A stretch of 36,665 nucleotides of DNA, from contig NW_014569467.1 of NCBI RefSeq assembly GCF_000743755.1, positions 1 to 36,665 on the forward strand, given 5' to 3'. The DNA is from Blastocystis sp. subtype 4. Lineage: Eukaryota. Under the pieces are notes generated by a model that worked only from the letters and a program-made list of their open reading frames with translations, was not told where the DNA came from and ran no database searches. Shown here piece by piece: positions 36,585 through 36,665 of this stretch (the first letter of the stretch is position 1; each line of letters begins with the position of its first letter). A program made the translations under genes and the position numbers.

Positions 36585-36665
36585 ATGTTCGAAAAGGAAG
36601 TTGTCATTGATTGTCGTGGCCACATTATGGGTCGTTTGGCCTCCATTGTTGCCAAGGAGCTGCTT
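36585..36665 (+). CDS. RPL13A: 60S ribosomal protein L13a (uL13), 5' part
   Basis: [27 protein letters not shown], the conserved uL13 N-terminus. Confidence 0.95.
   Translation, partial: MFEKEVVIDCRGHIMGRLASIVAKELL

Noticed and set aside
1..36665. Prokaryotic operon, CRISPR array, mobile element, rRNA or tRNA
   Set aside because: Genes are eukaryotic and contain introns. I saw no repeat-spacer array, transposase, rRNA or tRNA pattern.

Overview
This is a gene-dense, AT-rich eukaryotic nuclear window, not a prokaryotic one. About 30 genes sit with very short spacers and are split by GT-AG introns of about 28-38 nt. Most genes end just upstream of a TGTTTGTT-like element. This architecture is characteristic of the gut stramenopile Blastocystis (an inference from architecture, not from a search). 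Recognisable genes include RPS17, RPS23, RPL13a, organellar L22 and L35, a CH-LIM protein, a GT49 glycosyltransferase, mitochondrial DnaJ, a PP2A-A-like HEAT protein, proteasome alpha6 and RPN9, SNM1/PSO2, a DIX-like + auxilin J-domain protein, TMEM147, SDHB, a tetraspanin, Ubc12, Mps1, gamma-carbonic anhydrase, a RING E3, PDI, a SHAQKYF Myb, CacyBP and MRI1. Most notable: (1) in several genes an in-frame T lies exactly 4 nt before the GU-rich element, so polyadenylation should create the UAA stop; (2) one convergent gene pair shares a 24-nt 4+8+8+4 junction; (3) two ribosomal-protein genes have unusually long, structured first introns; (4) a DIX-like domain is fused to an auxilin-like J domain; (5) there are two possible bacterial gene transfers. 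All gene models were spliced by hand, and some starts and ends are approximate.
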